Below are positions 39,384 through 51,539 of a DNA stretch of 64,000 bases, piece after piece (the stretch's first letter is position 1; the number at the start of each line of letters is the position of its first letter). The notes beneath the pieces were generated by a model that was given only the letters and a program-made list of their open reading frames with translations, was not told the DNA's origin and ran no database searches. The translations under genes and the position numbers were made by a program. Source of the stretch: Moniliella sp. 'wahieum' (Eukaryota); assembly GCA_003971905.1 (NCBI GenBank), contig RSEE01000058.1:124001-188000 (forward strand). The letters run 5' to 3'.

Positions 39384-42300
39384 TCAAGTGGTGCGCGAAG
39401 CCACATCGAGCGTCAAGGGGCGCAGGGCCAACTTGCGCGAGGACTGGGCCTGATGATTGGGTAGACTGGTGGTAGCGGTGGGAGTGGGAGTGGTCTCGGT
39501 AGGTTCTTGCGAGGGGGGCGTTAGGCCATCGGTTTCGACCGAGATGGAGGTAGGGGCACTGTGTTCGCATGAGGAAGACGGGTCGCGGGGTGGGGTGGAA
39601 GAATTGGAGCCGGGTAACTTGAGTCCACTCAAATCGGCCTTGGTGGTAGTATGCATCTCATTGTACGCTTCGCTCAACGCTTCTTGCAACGCACGAATTT
39701 GCGATTGCGCCTGCCGCTTCTCCGCTTCCAACGTCACCACCGTATCGTCCAGATCGCGTACTCGCAACGACAGTTGCTGGCCATCCATTCCCAGCGTCAT
39801 GGTCCGCAACGACGAGGGCTTGCTCCGGTGTCCCAGCGCGGGCTGCGACCGCGTACTGGCCTGCGACGAGGGACGAGAGAGACTGGGTGCATGGCCGGCA
39901 GTAAGCCCAGTAGGCAACGAAGGTACCGGTGGCACATCCCCAGCTTCCGACGACGGTGGCTCAAAGATTCGCGCAACGGGCGGCACGGGCTGCAACTTGA
40001 ACGATTTCCGTCCGCCCGACCGTTGTCGGTCTGCACGACTCGCCGCTCTGGATTGCGAAAAGGATGCGGAAGAGCTAGAGGGCACCCGGTTGGGAATGCG
40101 GTGCGGGGTCCAAGTATGCGTCCGGGCCGCCGCCGAGGGCGCCGAGGTGGACGATAGCGACGGCGAAGGAATTTCCCGCGCATGTACGCGCGCAAGCGCC
40201 TCGTCCAGCATGGCACCTGGCGCACTGGTCATTGGGAGTCTGGTACAACGGGAAAGGGGGAAGTTAGAATGTACTTAAGAAACGAGGAAGAGGAAGAAAG
40301 GAAGAGAGGGAAGGAGGAAAGAAAGAAACAAAGTAAAAGGGAGGGAAGGAAGGACGTACCCAAGCTCGCTATGGGCAGGCGTGTTGACTGTCGACACTGC
40401 CTCGATCGACTTGTCCAGCAAGCCGCGCATACCAGTAAGGAACCGCTCCAAACGTGCCTTCTCCTGGTGGCTCGCCATGACTTGCGTCCGGAGGGCGTGG
40501 ATCAAGCTCCGCATCTCCTTGACCTCACCCACCACCCTTGTCCAATCCAACGGGGCCTGCTTGCCCGTCGAAGCGAGGCCGAGCGTGGGCGGGGTGGAAC
40601 CGGCGCGGCTGATAGGCGTGACGGGCGTCGGAAGCGACATGGCCAAGTGACGGGAGTACTTTGCGGTGTTCCACGCTCCAAGACGGGCGAAGAGGGATTG
40701 GTACTGCGCTGCTCAAAGCGCGAACGCAGACTGCTCACGTCCACCTTGCCCGAACCGGAGGAGGTGGTAGAGACGGTGACACCGGGACTGCGAGAGCGGT
40801 GACAGGCGAAGGCCACGTCCCAGCCAACCGGTTCTTGGGCAGAGGAGGAACTTCGTCGGTGCCCATACTGGCCGTGACGCTGGGCGTCGTTCCTCCCCCC
40901 AAGGAAGCCTGGGGGAAGAGCGAAACAAGCTCGGCCAACTCGGGTTGCAGAAGGACCCGGCTGAGTCGAGGAGGAAGCAAGCAGTGGTTTGGCCCGATCG
41001 CCTTTGCCCGTGCCGAATCGAGCTCGACCCGCATCGCTGCCGCATCCCGCGCCAGTTGCTCGTTCTCCGCTCGCAAATGGTCATACTGCTCATGCAGCGC
41101 AGCGAATTGGACGCGCAGACGGGCATGTTCCTCGCCCAAGGCGGCGTGACGAGCCAAGTGCGACCGATCCTCCTCGCTCCGGGGGGAAGAGGAGGGGGAC
41201 ATGGGCGCGAGCGTACGGAGTGAGACGCCTGCATCGCCTTCATCGTCGGCAATGTCCGTGTGAGCATCGGTGTACTCGCTAGAGGGAATGGGCGACGAAG
41301 GTTCCACTTCCTTTATCACCACGGGCACAGGCGCGAGCATCTCCATCTCATCCGGCTCGGAGCTGAGGATTTCCGACGTGATGGGCGGCGCCAACGATCG
41401 CGCGCCACCGAAACGTAGGGAGGGAGGCTGGTACAGCAGGGGCGTGGGATACGGCCTCGAGCTCTTTTGCAAGACGCGCACGCTCAACTTCCAATCGCTG
41501 GCACTCGGTCCGCAGCACCGCCGTCTCGGCGGTCAATTCGGCCGTGGCATGCTGTGCTTCCAACGCGGCCCGCTCTGCCATGTCCAAACGTCCAGCCAGA
41601 CCAAGCAACTCGGGGTGGTCCAAAGAAGACACGGAGCCCGTCTTGTCCGCCCGCAGGGCCGAAACCAACCGCGTTTCCAGCTCTGCGACACGAGTGTGCG
41701 CGAAGCGGCTAACTCGGGCTCCAGCGACGCGACGGTGCGCTGGAGAGCACGTCTTGGCCTCCAACGCGGCTAGCTTGGTGCCATCGACCACAGGCTGGCC
41801 TTGCTTGGCTGTCGTCGCACTGCTATGCGCCTTGGCCAGTTCTTCCTCAACAACGTCACCTGCACCGCCTTGTCTTGGGTCTGCTGCCGTGCCTCATCCA
41901 GCGCCTTGCGCAGCCCTGCCACAGCTTGCTCCAATGCAGACCGGTCCACCTCCACCGACTGCGCTTGACTTCAGCGTCCCGCGTCAGCTTGGTCTGCTCG
42001 GCCAGCTCCAGCTCGTAGCGTGATACGGTGCTGAGCATTTCCTCCAGCTGCCGCGCCAGCCCCGCCGTTTCGCCCGAGTGGGAACGACGAGCAAGTTCAG
42101 CACTGCGGGGACCGCCATCTCTCGTGGCTTCCGTCCCGATCGCCCGCTCCCGGTCCGTCTCCGTCTCCGCTCCGTCTCTGTCCCTTCGTCCTCCGTCTCC
42201 AACCCAGGGTTCGGGACTCGTTCGGACGCCGGTTGCACACCGCCGCCGCGCCGTTCCAGCTCATCAAACGCGTCGGTAATGTGTTCCGAGATGGACGAGA

Positions 42301-45300
42301 TGAGGGAATCAATGTTCTGACCTGCCGTTTCGCGTTGTCGAGGCACCGAAACGCCCTTGATTTGCAACAAGAGTTGTCCATCTCTTCCCGTCCATCCACC
42401 TTGCCCAACATCTCAGCACACCTCCGATCTTCTTCGCGCAACCTTGCTTCGGCCGACTCGAGGCGGCGCTCAAATGCGGAAAAGAGGCCTTCGCGCTCGG
42501 CCAAAATCCTTCGTTCAGCCGCAACAGCCAACTCGAGCTGCCGCAATCCTCGCTCCGCCTCGTCTGCCCGTCGTACAGCCTCGTCCCGTCGTCCCGCTGC
42601 TCCTGGACGAGCCGATCGGCATGCGTCCGGAACGCACCGTAACTCGCCAACCTGCTTTTCTTGCTCTGTCATCTCCTGCTCTCGTTGAGCCAAGGCGGTT
42701 CCAACTCGGTTCGGACCGCTTCGTGCTGCGCCGTAGCCAAGGCAGGTCCCTTGCCTCCTCGGCCGCCCGCTGCGCCGCACGTAGATCCGCCTCGACCTCT
42801 GCAAGCCCGATGCAACGAACCCACGTCTGACGCCGCTTGCTCTTGCGCAGCCACAAGCGCCTGATGAGCTTTTGCTCGGCCTGGCGCGCCGCGACCAACG
42901 CCCTGCTCGTCTCGAGCGACTCGGCACGGCATGGTGCGTATCGAGTAACTCGCGATGCGCACGACGCAGTTCGTCCAATTGCCCTCGGCCAACTGCGCAC
43001 GCAGGTGCGCCGGCGCGCCCGCCGTACGTCGTTCGACCCATCTTGCCAGAAGCCGAGCCGGGCACCAAAGGTGGCGAAACCATCTGCCACTCCCCTGGGT
43101 CCCCGTCGACTCGCTGTGCACCAGTCCGACCTCGCGCGTCAAATGTCGGATGGATCGGAGGAGCGGAGGGGGCGGAAGGGTCGGCAGTAGACAGGCCGCG
43201 GAGCGTAGCCCCATGTTCGCTTGGCCATCAGTACCGATTGCCTCCACCGCTCGGCCTCGGCTTTGGCGTGGGCCGCCTCGGCCCGAGCTGCCTCCAGTTC
43301 CTCCGTGAGCGAGGCGAGCGTCGTGGCAGTCGTGCCCGTGAGCGCAGCAGGAGAAGGGAGCCGGACCGCAGGAAGCGGACTACCGCCTCCAACCGGTTCG
43401 CGAGCGAATTGAGCTGGTCTCAGCCTGGTCGGCAGCGCGTTGCAGCGTGTCTCGCATCTGCCTCTCGCCTTTCGGCTGCTTCGACACGGGCTGTGGCTTG
43501 AGCCAGCGCAGCGGCGTCACCCGCGTCTCCCGCGTCCAAAGGTGGAAACGAGAACAGAAAGAGAACGGATGGGAGAAGGAGGATTGGGAGAGGCGGCAAG
43601 TTGCTGTTGCAATGCCTCTTTGGTAGATACGAGTTGGTCCGTCTTGCTCCCATGCCAAGGCAGTTGGGCCAGCTGAGCATGGTCCGCTTTGTCCTGCCAC
43701 ACGAAGCTTGCCTTCCTCCCCTTTTGCGCTCGGCCTGGCCACTGCCTCCTCCAGCTCCTGCACGCGACCGTCGTCCGTCGGCGTCCGCGCCGCGTCGTAA
43801 CGGTCTCCTCTCGACGGAAGGTCGGCTGGGGGCTTGTAGAGTAGCATGGGTGGAAAGGAGATCGGTATGTTGCTGTGCCAGCCTCGTGGGTGTCCGTGAG
43901 AGCACGGTGGGACTGTTCCAGGTCCTGATGTTTGCTCCAGCGCGCTGCATGCATCTCCTTGGCCCCGTCCCGTTCGCTTGGAGATGCGTCTGGGTCTCGA
44001 GGAGGGTGGTGAGCCTGTGTCAGCTCTCGTGCTTCGTGCGCCAGGCATCTCGGTCCTCTACGACCGAAGCATGCCGGGCTTGCAACTGATCCCGCCGTGC
44101 GTGAGTTGGGCCAGGTCGCGTGCCAGCGCGTCGACTTGGGCTTGAGCTTGGTCCTGCGCCTCCCGCAACGCCTGTGTCCACCGCTGTTCCTCTTGCTCAG
44201 CACGAAGCAGGTGCTGTCGATTGGCCTCGGCATGGTCTGCGTCGCGTTGAGCCAGCGCCGTCTGGTGTGCCTTCTGCGCCCGTTCGTTCGCCTCCACTTG
44301 GGCAGCGTGCTCGGCTTGCCAGTGCGCCACTTGCTGTTCGAATGCCTTGCGTTCGGCCAAATGCTGCGCGACCAACGTCGCTTTTCGTCGCCGCCTTGCG
44401 CGCTCGGTCCAGCTCGCTCTCCATGCTCCCAGCACGCAACGCAATGATCTGCATCGCCTTGGCAAACGAAATGGACTCCGAATCACTCGAACTGGGCGGC
44501 GAAGCTAACGCCGCAGCCGTAGCGGCAGCCATCAACGTGTCGGCCCCTGCGTCCGTACCTGCCGTGGCCAAAGTCGAACGTGCCTCGGGCTCTGCCTTGG
44601 CGGTACCTGGGGCACGATCTCAGGCTGCAAGGAACTGGGCATGTCGATCCCGTTGGCCACGCCTGCCTCGCCGGCAGGACCAGGAGAAAGGGAGGAGGGC
44701 AAGGGCCAGTTGGCGGGAGCGGGCAGCGAGTGGTGTGCGACCAACGCTTTGCGCAGCCCGGCAGCCTTGTCCGTCAAGGCCGCAGCTTGGTCGGTAGCTT
44801 GCGCAGCCTGGGCCGCGGCCAACTTAGTTTGGGCATCGGCCATTCGGCGCGCAACGCCATCCGACTTTCTGTCCGATCCGCCCCGGGCGAGGTACTGCTG
44901 CTCGACCTGGGACGGGCAGCAGGCAAAGAAAGGGAGAGAGAGCCCGTGGAAGCGTACCCGGCCGACGGCGAGGCCGACGAGAAGGACTGATCGGGTTCGG
45001 CCTCCTCTGGGTCCGTAAGCTCTTCCACATGGTCCGGGTCGGCCGGTAGGCCAAGGTGGACCCGGGCGGGACGGGAGAGCCAGCGGGGGACGGAGCGCGC
45101 GCAATCGGGCAAGGTACCTTGGCGAACAAGGGGTGTAGCACCCGGGGTGGTACCGGGGGACAAGCCTTCGGTTGAAGGGACCGGCGGCGGTGGACCAGGG
45201 GTGGGACCGGCACGCAGACTGGGCAAGGGCGCCATGCCAAATGGATCGTCGAGTACGTCCAGGTGCATGGGCAGGAGCGGATGCAAGCCCCTGGTCCCTC

Positions 45301-45968
45301 TTCGGCTTCGGGGCCATCGTCGGTATCGGTCGGGTGGGCTTCGCTGTCGCTCTCCTGGAGTGGGTGCTGCCACCAGCCTGGTTCGGCGAGCTGGAACGCG
45401 AAGCGGGGGCGGACGAGCAGAGGGGCTGTCGACGTCGGCGTCCCCGTCGCGTCGTCAGCATCGGCATCGAGGGTGGGAGTAGATGTCGAGCGCAGCGTCC
45501 AGCAGCGACGCACGGACGGTCGCCAGGGAGATGGGGCGGAGAGGGGGGGGGAAGGGGTGGTACTGCTGGCGCCGATGGCCGAGCCGGCCAGCACGTCAAG
45601 GGCCGTATAGTGGGGCGAGGGGGACGCAGCCCGTCGGACGCACTGAAGCTCGAGGGGCGCACGGTGGGTGTGGAGAGGGACCCGGTGCGTTGCTCTGTTG
45701 CCTGGGTCGGGCTCACCTGGCTCAGGCCAGGCCCAGGCCAGGCCGAGACCGAGGCCCACGGGGGCGCTGCTGGAGTCGGTCGAGGGCGAGGGCGGGCGCA
45801 AGCGCAGGCAGGGGCGGCAGGTCGAGGGGCCCGCGGGGCAGAGGCGGTGGGTCCGAGTCGCGTGCACGCGCCTGGAGTTCGTGGAAGCTGAGCAGACGTG
45901 CGCGGGAGGGGCGGGCTATGCGGGACTGTCGGACGGCGTGGACGATGGCATGGGCGTGCTCGTCGTCG

Positions 45969-45999
<31 letters not shown>

Positions 46000-46158
46000 T
46001 GCCGCTGGCGTCGTCGGGGGTGGGGGAGGAGTGGCGGTCGGGGGAGGGGGTGTGCGGCAGGGGCTCGTCGGCAGCGGGGGATGGGGGATGGAGGAGGAGG
46101 AGGGGGACGAGCGTGGCGGGAAGACAAAGGTGGCCATGGAGTCCAGCGCGCGTGCCAT
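39384..46158 (-). CDS. Very large coiled-coil protein (possibly Uds1/septation-related family)
   Basis: Continuous Ala/Glu/Gln/Arg heptad-rich segments across many shifted frames (e.g. HLAERKAFEQQVAHWQ, FSAFERRLESAEARLREEDRR, EVKEMRSLIHALRTQV); intron 40359-40240. RKALVAHH segment weakly recalls the Uds1 domain. Start uncertain. Confidence 0.55.
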
Positions 46159-46919
46159 GTTGCAGCGGCGGGGGGGGGGGGGCGCACACGACCAGGGCCA
46201 AGGGAGCGGACGCGGCGGAGGGGATGGAGGGGTGGGGTGGTGGGGGTGCCGGCGCGACGGGAAGGGACGGACGCAGGTGTGCGTGCCTGGAGCGAGGCGC
46301 AGTGGCTAGTGGCTAGTGACTGGGTGAGCTAGGCGTGGGATGCATGAATGCGGTGCGCTGCCTGCCTGCGTGGGCGCATGCCACGTGCCAGCCGCACGAA
46401 GCGCCCGCACAGCGCCAGTGTGCCGCGTGCGATCGGCGGCCCGGCCGGTGGGCCTGCGGTGGACACGCGTAGGGTTGCGGTGCGCACACTGCCCGCGTGC
46501 CGCCGCCCGCCGCCCGGCCGCCGCGGTGGAGCACGCCGGAGCACGCCACGCCCGCTGGTGCGCCCTGGTGCGCACACGCGCCTGGTGGGTGCTGCGGGTG
46601 TGCGCTGGGATGCGCTGCGCCCCCTGGCCGGCGCCCTCTGCAACAGTGGGCTCGTGTGGCCAGGGTCCGCTGCGTGTCTGCTGTGGCTCTGGCCTGCACT
46701 GGCCTGCACTGGCACGCTCCGCCACGCGCTGGCTCAGCACTGCTCCTCAGCCGCCCCCTTGCGCAGACGCGCACGCCCAGCATCACGTCCATCCTCCATC
46801 CTCCATCCGCCCTCCTCCCGCCTCCACTCTCCTCCTCCACCCGCTCCGACTCTCATCCCCTCCCCTCCCACCTTCCCCAGTATGCAGTGCCTCCTTTTCT
46901 CTGTGTCAGCTCGCCATCC

Positions 46920-47392
46920 GTCGTTTTAGCGTTCAGCGTGTTCAACCTTGAAGCTTCAAGTTCAACTTGAACGTCAACGTCAATGTCGTCAACGCGTCAA
47001 CCCGCAACTGGAACGTCACCGGCTAGTCATTAGTATACTCATTTCTAAGCTCCGCTCCCCCCCTTTTTTCTGATAGCGGCGTAACGCGTATTACGCGTAA
47101 ACGCGTAAGCGAGATAAGCGCACCGCGTTCAACCCAAACGCGCTACGCGTTACGCGTTCCAAGCCCCCCCCCACTTGCCACTGGCCACTGGCCAAGCATC
47201 ATGCATCATGCCACTGCATCAGCACATCAGCGCATCCTCCTGCACCTCTCTCGCCCTAATCCACAACCTGGCAAATTCGCATCTCTTGGCTGCCACCGCC
47301 ACCCCATCTACCCCACACGCGTCTGCATAACGTCGTCCAACCTTACCGGTTAGGCCCGTCGATCATCGACCGTCACGCGTCACGCGTCACCT
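46920..47392. repeat. Cluster of TNA-N4 heptamer palindromic repeats
   Basis: TTGAAGCTTCAAGTTCAACTTGAACGTCAACGTCAA; GTAACGCGTATTACGCGTAAACGCGTAA; CATCATGCATCATG; GTCACGCGTCACGCGTCAC. Confidence 0.85.
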
Positions 47393-47650
47393 GCACTGCA
47401 GACGGACGCCCCCCCTCCATCCGATCCCCACACATCACCATCAGCTCGAGCGGCCGAAACCTACTCTGATCTACATGTATCGACATCACATCACGAATTG
47501 TGATGTGATGCCACCAGAATCCGGGAGTCCTGCTGGAATCTCTGTTGAGAGTTGCGGTACATGCCACACATACACTGTGTGCAAAAGCACAATCCTTAAT
47601 CTTCTGTAAGGTTACCCACCCCTCCTCTTCCTATCTTGCTTTTGCATGCA

Positions 47651-47737
47651 TCCTCGATGGTCCAACGGCTATGATGTGACGCTCTCACTGCACCTGCAGC
47701 AACCGTCAAGACCCGGGTTCGACTCCCGGTCGGGGAA
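47651..47737 (+). tRNA. tRNA-Glu(CTC) with 15-nt intron
   Basis: Acceptor stem TCCTCGA/TCGGGGA+A; anticodon arm TGACG-CTCTCA[intron]C-CGTCA; T-arm CCGGG-TTCGACT-CCCGG; T5 run just downstream. Confidence 0.95.
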
Positions 47738-48449
47738 TCTTTTTGGATATGGGACGCCTTAACCTTCGTTCGTGAGCGCATAGACCATCCACAAAGCTCT
47801 CATTGCCTTTGGCCAAGCCGTCATTCGCGTCATTCATCTTTTTTCCTTGGCAAAAAAAGTGTGCTCATTGCACTCCAAAAGAAGCATCATTTTGGGTAAA
47901 CGAAGGTGGCGTCAATGTAATTGCGCTTCTTGCCAACACTGGCAATTAAAAGTCCGCCACGGTCGCTTCCTACCGAAAACAAAACATCTGCCTTTGATCT
48001 GTGGTATCCGTATCGTCCGGCCTCGCTGGGGGCGCGAAGATGAGAACGGAGAACTGGGGAGAAACGATAGACGAAAAGTACGCTGTGTGTTGGTGCCCCA
48101 CAGAATACACGTGATATACTACTACCTCTCTTCGGTGCCATCCAATTGCCATGGGAGAGACTTTCATCGGCTCCCACTTCGGATAAACACACCTACATAC
48201 TGGCCTCGGCGCCTCAGCTTGAGACCTGAGGAGGGATTGAAGGGACGTTGACCAAAGCGCAGAAGCCACCCACAGTGGCTCGGTGCTACTCAGCGCGCAA
48301 CGCTCTCTCAACGTTCACCTAAGCCTCAGCGAACAACTTTGAGGCTCAGCACCGGGCACCCCTCTATCATATTGCACTTGTTCGGCACATCCTCCCCCCC
48401 CACACACACTAAGCCACAAGCGATCTACTGCCCCTTCCACCTTGCCCTC

Positions 48450-49250
48450 TCGTTGTAAGTACAACTCACGTGTTGCTGAAAAAGGAGTACATCATGCCAT
48501 GGTCTACCTCCCGCGTTACCTCTATTCTTTTTCCACAGACGGCTCTGAGAGCATGGGCGTGGTCGCCAGGTAGAGAACCCACACATTGAAGCTTTTGGAT
48601 CGGTTCCCGTACGACCTTGTGCAACGCGCGCGCCACCCGCTCGGATCGGTTTTTGGGTGGCGGATAATCCAAGCGCCAAACTACCACACACGAAGAATTC
48701 CAAGACATAAGATGTGGCCTCAATCGCATAATATCGCAAACTGTATATATACTGGCCCAGGAGTCAAAGGCGGCAGTTGCACGACTTGGACGCAGGAATG
48801 AAGATAAGGTTGCAATCCTTGGAAGATCTGAAAAGAGTATGTAGGCAACCTGTCGTAGTTAGGCTGATCGATCTGAGAGATTTGATCTGATCTCGCGCCA
48901 AGCATTTCCAATTTCTTCGTCCCGAACGTCTCTCGCACTTTCCCTGTCTTTGCTCCGCTTCGCACCATGTCCTCTGCTCTTGCCTCTTCCCCCACGAACG
49001 ATTGCTACATACCTGCACCTGGCCTTGACTATGGTCTCCTTGCCCTTAGCGCCGACTTGTGACAATCAAAGCCCTTCTTCGTCATTCTCTGTTGCATCTT
49101 GCCGTTGTCGCAGATCATGTAGTCGTTGCGACCAGTGCCAGTGGTGGCCACGTAAAAAGGGTTTTCACCGATAAAGATTGAACTTCAACGTTCCAATTCA
49201 AACTAACAGCGGATGCGTGTGGGGCATCTGAGCTCTAGAGCCCTGCACGG
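48450..49250 (-). mobile_element. Decayed Ty1/copia integrase core
   Basis: FGTKKLEMLGARSDQ (~GKKIKxLRSDN), YPPPKNRSERVARALHKVVR (~PQQNGxAERxNRTLxExVR) and LPGDHAHALRAV (~LPxxxWAEAV), in the expected order. Confidence 0.55.
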
Positions 49251-49559
49251 CCAGCACCCATTGCAGTCAGAAAAATTACGCCACGGACGGGTAGGGTGGC
49301 CACTACGGCCTACGAGAAGACAGAGTGTGCGGTGGTGAGCAACAGCACGAGAGTAACTGAGTACTGGGTACTGATGTGGTATACCTTCTACCGAGTGCTA
49401 CTGGGGCTGATGCACTGGCGCATGATGGTACCGTGGTTCGCTGCTGTAGTGATGGGGGTGGATGGAGATTGTGGGTGCTCATGGCGCTCATGCACTCATG
49501 GTGCATGACTAACACAACTCATCGTTTTGGATGTGTTTCGCGTTGCCGCGCAGGTGTTG

Positions 49560-50190
49560 GACAATGTTGACGCGTTGACGACGTTTGCCACAGTTTGCCA
49601 CAATAAGGCCAACGTTGAACGTTGAACGTTGAGTTGAATGTTGACCCACAACGGTTACCGGGTACCGGTTATCAGCTTGAAGCTTTAAGCTTTCCTATTA
49701 CTTCCAGTTACCGCGGTTATATACTCTCGGCCAGGGGTCGTTAATCATGCAGATCATGTGAATCAACCCGAGTTAAGTAACTACTATGGCATAACATGTA
49801 ACAACTACTACCGTTGCATCCGGGTAGAACTGAAGCTCAGGCTGACTACAGTGGCAGCTTGACTAATAGAACGGATTCACGAGATGCAATGGTCTCCTGG
49901 GAACTTGAAGATCTCTCCTGAGCGCCTGTGTCATGTACCATGGGATATGGACCTCGTGCCCATGTCATGCCGCCGGCCACAGGGAATTGCGCCCTACTAC
50001 TACATCATCATATAGGCGCAGCCACAACAGCAGCGCCGCACCCGAAGAGAAGAGAGTGTCCAACACCGCCCGCGAGGCCTCAGGCACAGCAGGGGCAAAC
50101 AGCGAGTCGCACAGCAGCACACACGCCTTCTGCCTAACCCACGAGGATCGGGGGGGAACTGAATACTGAAGCTTGAAGCGCGATTAAGCT
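49560..50190. repeat. Cluster of TNA-N4 heptamer palindromic repeats
   Basis: TTGACGCGTTGAC; AACGTTGAACGTTGAACGTTGA; TTACCGGGTACCGGTTATCAGCTTGAAGCTTTAAGCTT; CTGAAGCTCAG; CTGAAGCTTGAAGC. Confidence 0.8.
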
Positions 50191-50592
50191 AACCCACAAC
50201 AAGCCCTGCCGCAGCAGCTGGAAGCATAACAAGTAGATGGACAAACTACACACTGTGTGCTCTTCGGCTCTCTGTGGTGCTGGTAGCAGCTATACCACTG
50301 GGATCACTTTCATTCTCGCGGTCCCACATGTCACAGCTCCATAACCCCTCTTTTCACCAATTCCGTCTCTCGCCACCTCCCCTCCTCTCCCTCCTCTCCT
50401 CTCCTCCTCCATCTCTTGTTGCCATCAATAGTCCTCCAGCTCCCTCTGTTGTTGGTGCTCACGACACTCCCCTCACCGGCTTCACCCATCCATCCTCGCC
50501 CTCTCCGTCTGCCAGTACACACCATTGGCTTATGCAGTTGAACACACGTCTCCCCCCAGTGCTCTGCTTCGCCGCCCCATACTCCTCACGCC

Positions 50593-51291
50593 ATGTCTGA
50601 CGCCCAACTGCGCCCTACTCCCCCCTAAGATGCTATCCTGCCCTCTCCCCCGACACCGAATCGAGCCCCGACAACCTGTCCGTCTCCACACCCCATACCG
50701 ACGTGTACCGGGCGGGCTCCGAGGGCAAAAAACCACTGCTGGCAGCATTGCTTGGCATTCCACCCCGTTCTCCTATTCCCTCCTGCTCGCCATGCGCTTG
50801 ACAAACTGGAAGCTCTTCTCGATCGAATGGAGCACATGCCCTCTCCGCCTCTCCCGCCCTCTTTTTGCCTTGCACCTTCCCACGCCCCGCGTCGAGTTCG
50901 CGGGAACCAAATGAGGGCCATCAGGCGCCCTGGGGCGACCGCTCGCACTTTCGTCCCATCGACGGAACAGATCGAGATCCACACCCAAATTGGAAAGGGC
51001 AAGTCTACCCGCCGGCTCGGCGTCGCAAACTCTCGCCAGGCTTTGTGCTGGGCCCCCCACTCACCTCGCCGCCCGCCATTCCCTTGCCCCTCGATCCGGC
51101 CACGGCACCGTCGTTCGCCTTCTCGGTGCCGCACCCCATTATGGAAACCAAGACCAATCCCAATGCCACGACCAATCCCAATCCCAATCCCAATCCCAAG
51201 ATGTTCTTCATTCTCCAATGGCGTACGGACGTCTTCCTCAGCACTTCCCGATGCGGCGCCTCCTATCTATGACATTGGCCCTCTCTCCTAA
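50593..51291 (+). CDS. Hypothetical Pro-rich protein (frameshifted)
   Basis: GCCATG after a pyrimidine-rich leader; overlapping ORFs with RHALDKLEALLDRME and a (CCCAAT)n-encoded PIPIPIP tract. No known domain. Confidence 0.35.
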
Positions 51292-51539
51292 TAGCTTATG
51301 CTCTGGCTTTGCTGTTGCTCTCTATAAGTTTTTGTGTTGCCCTGTGCATTTGCATCCTGTGAATATACCCATATCACTTTATCTATACGTGTCCCTTCTG
51401 TTATGTCCCTTTTCTTCGGTCTCTTATCGCCCTTCGTTTCATCCCACATGCTCATATTCCCGCTGAGTTGCACGGGATATAGTACATCCATCTTCCATTT
51501 TCCAGCACAGCGTCCCTATTCCCACACGGCGACAACCAT

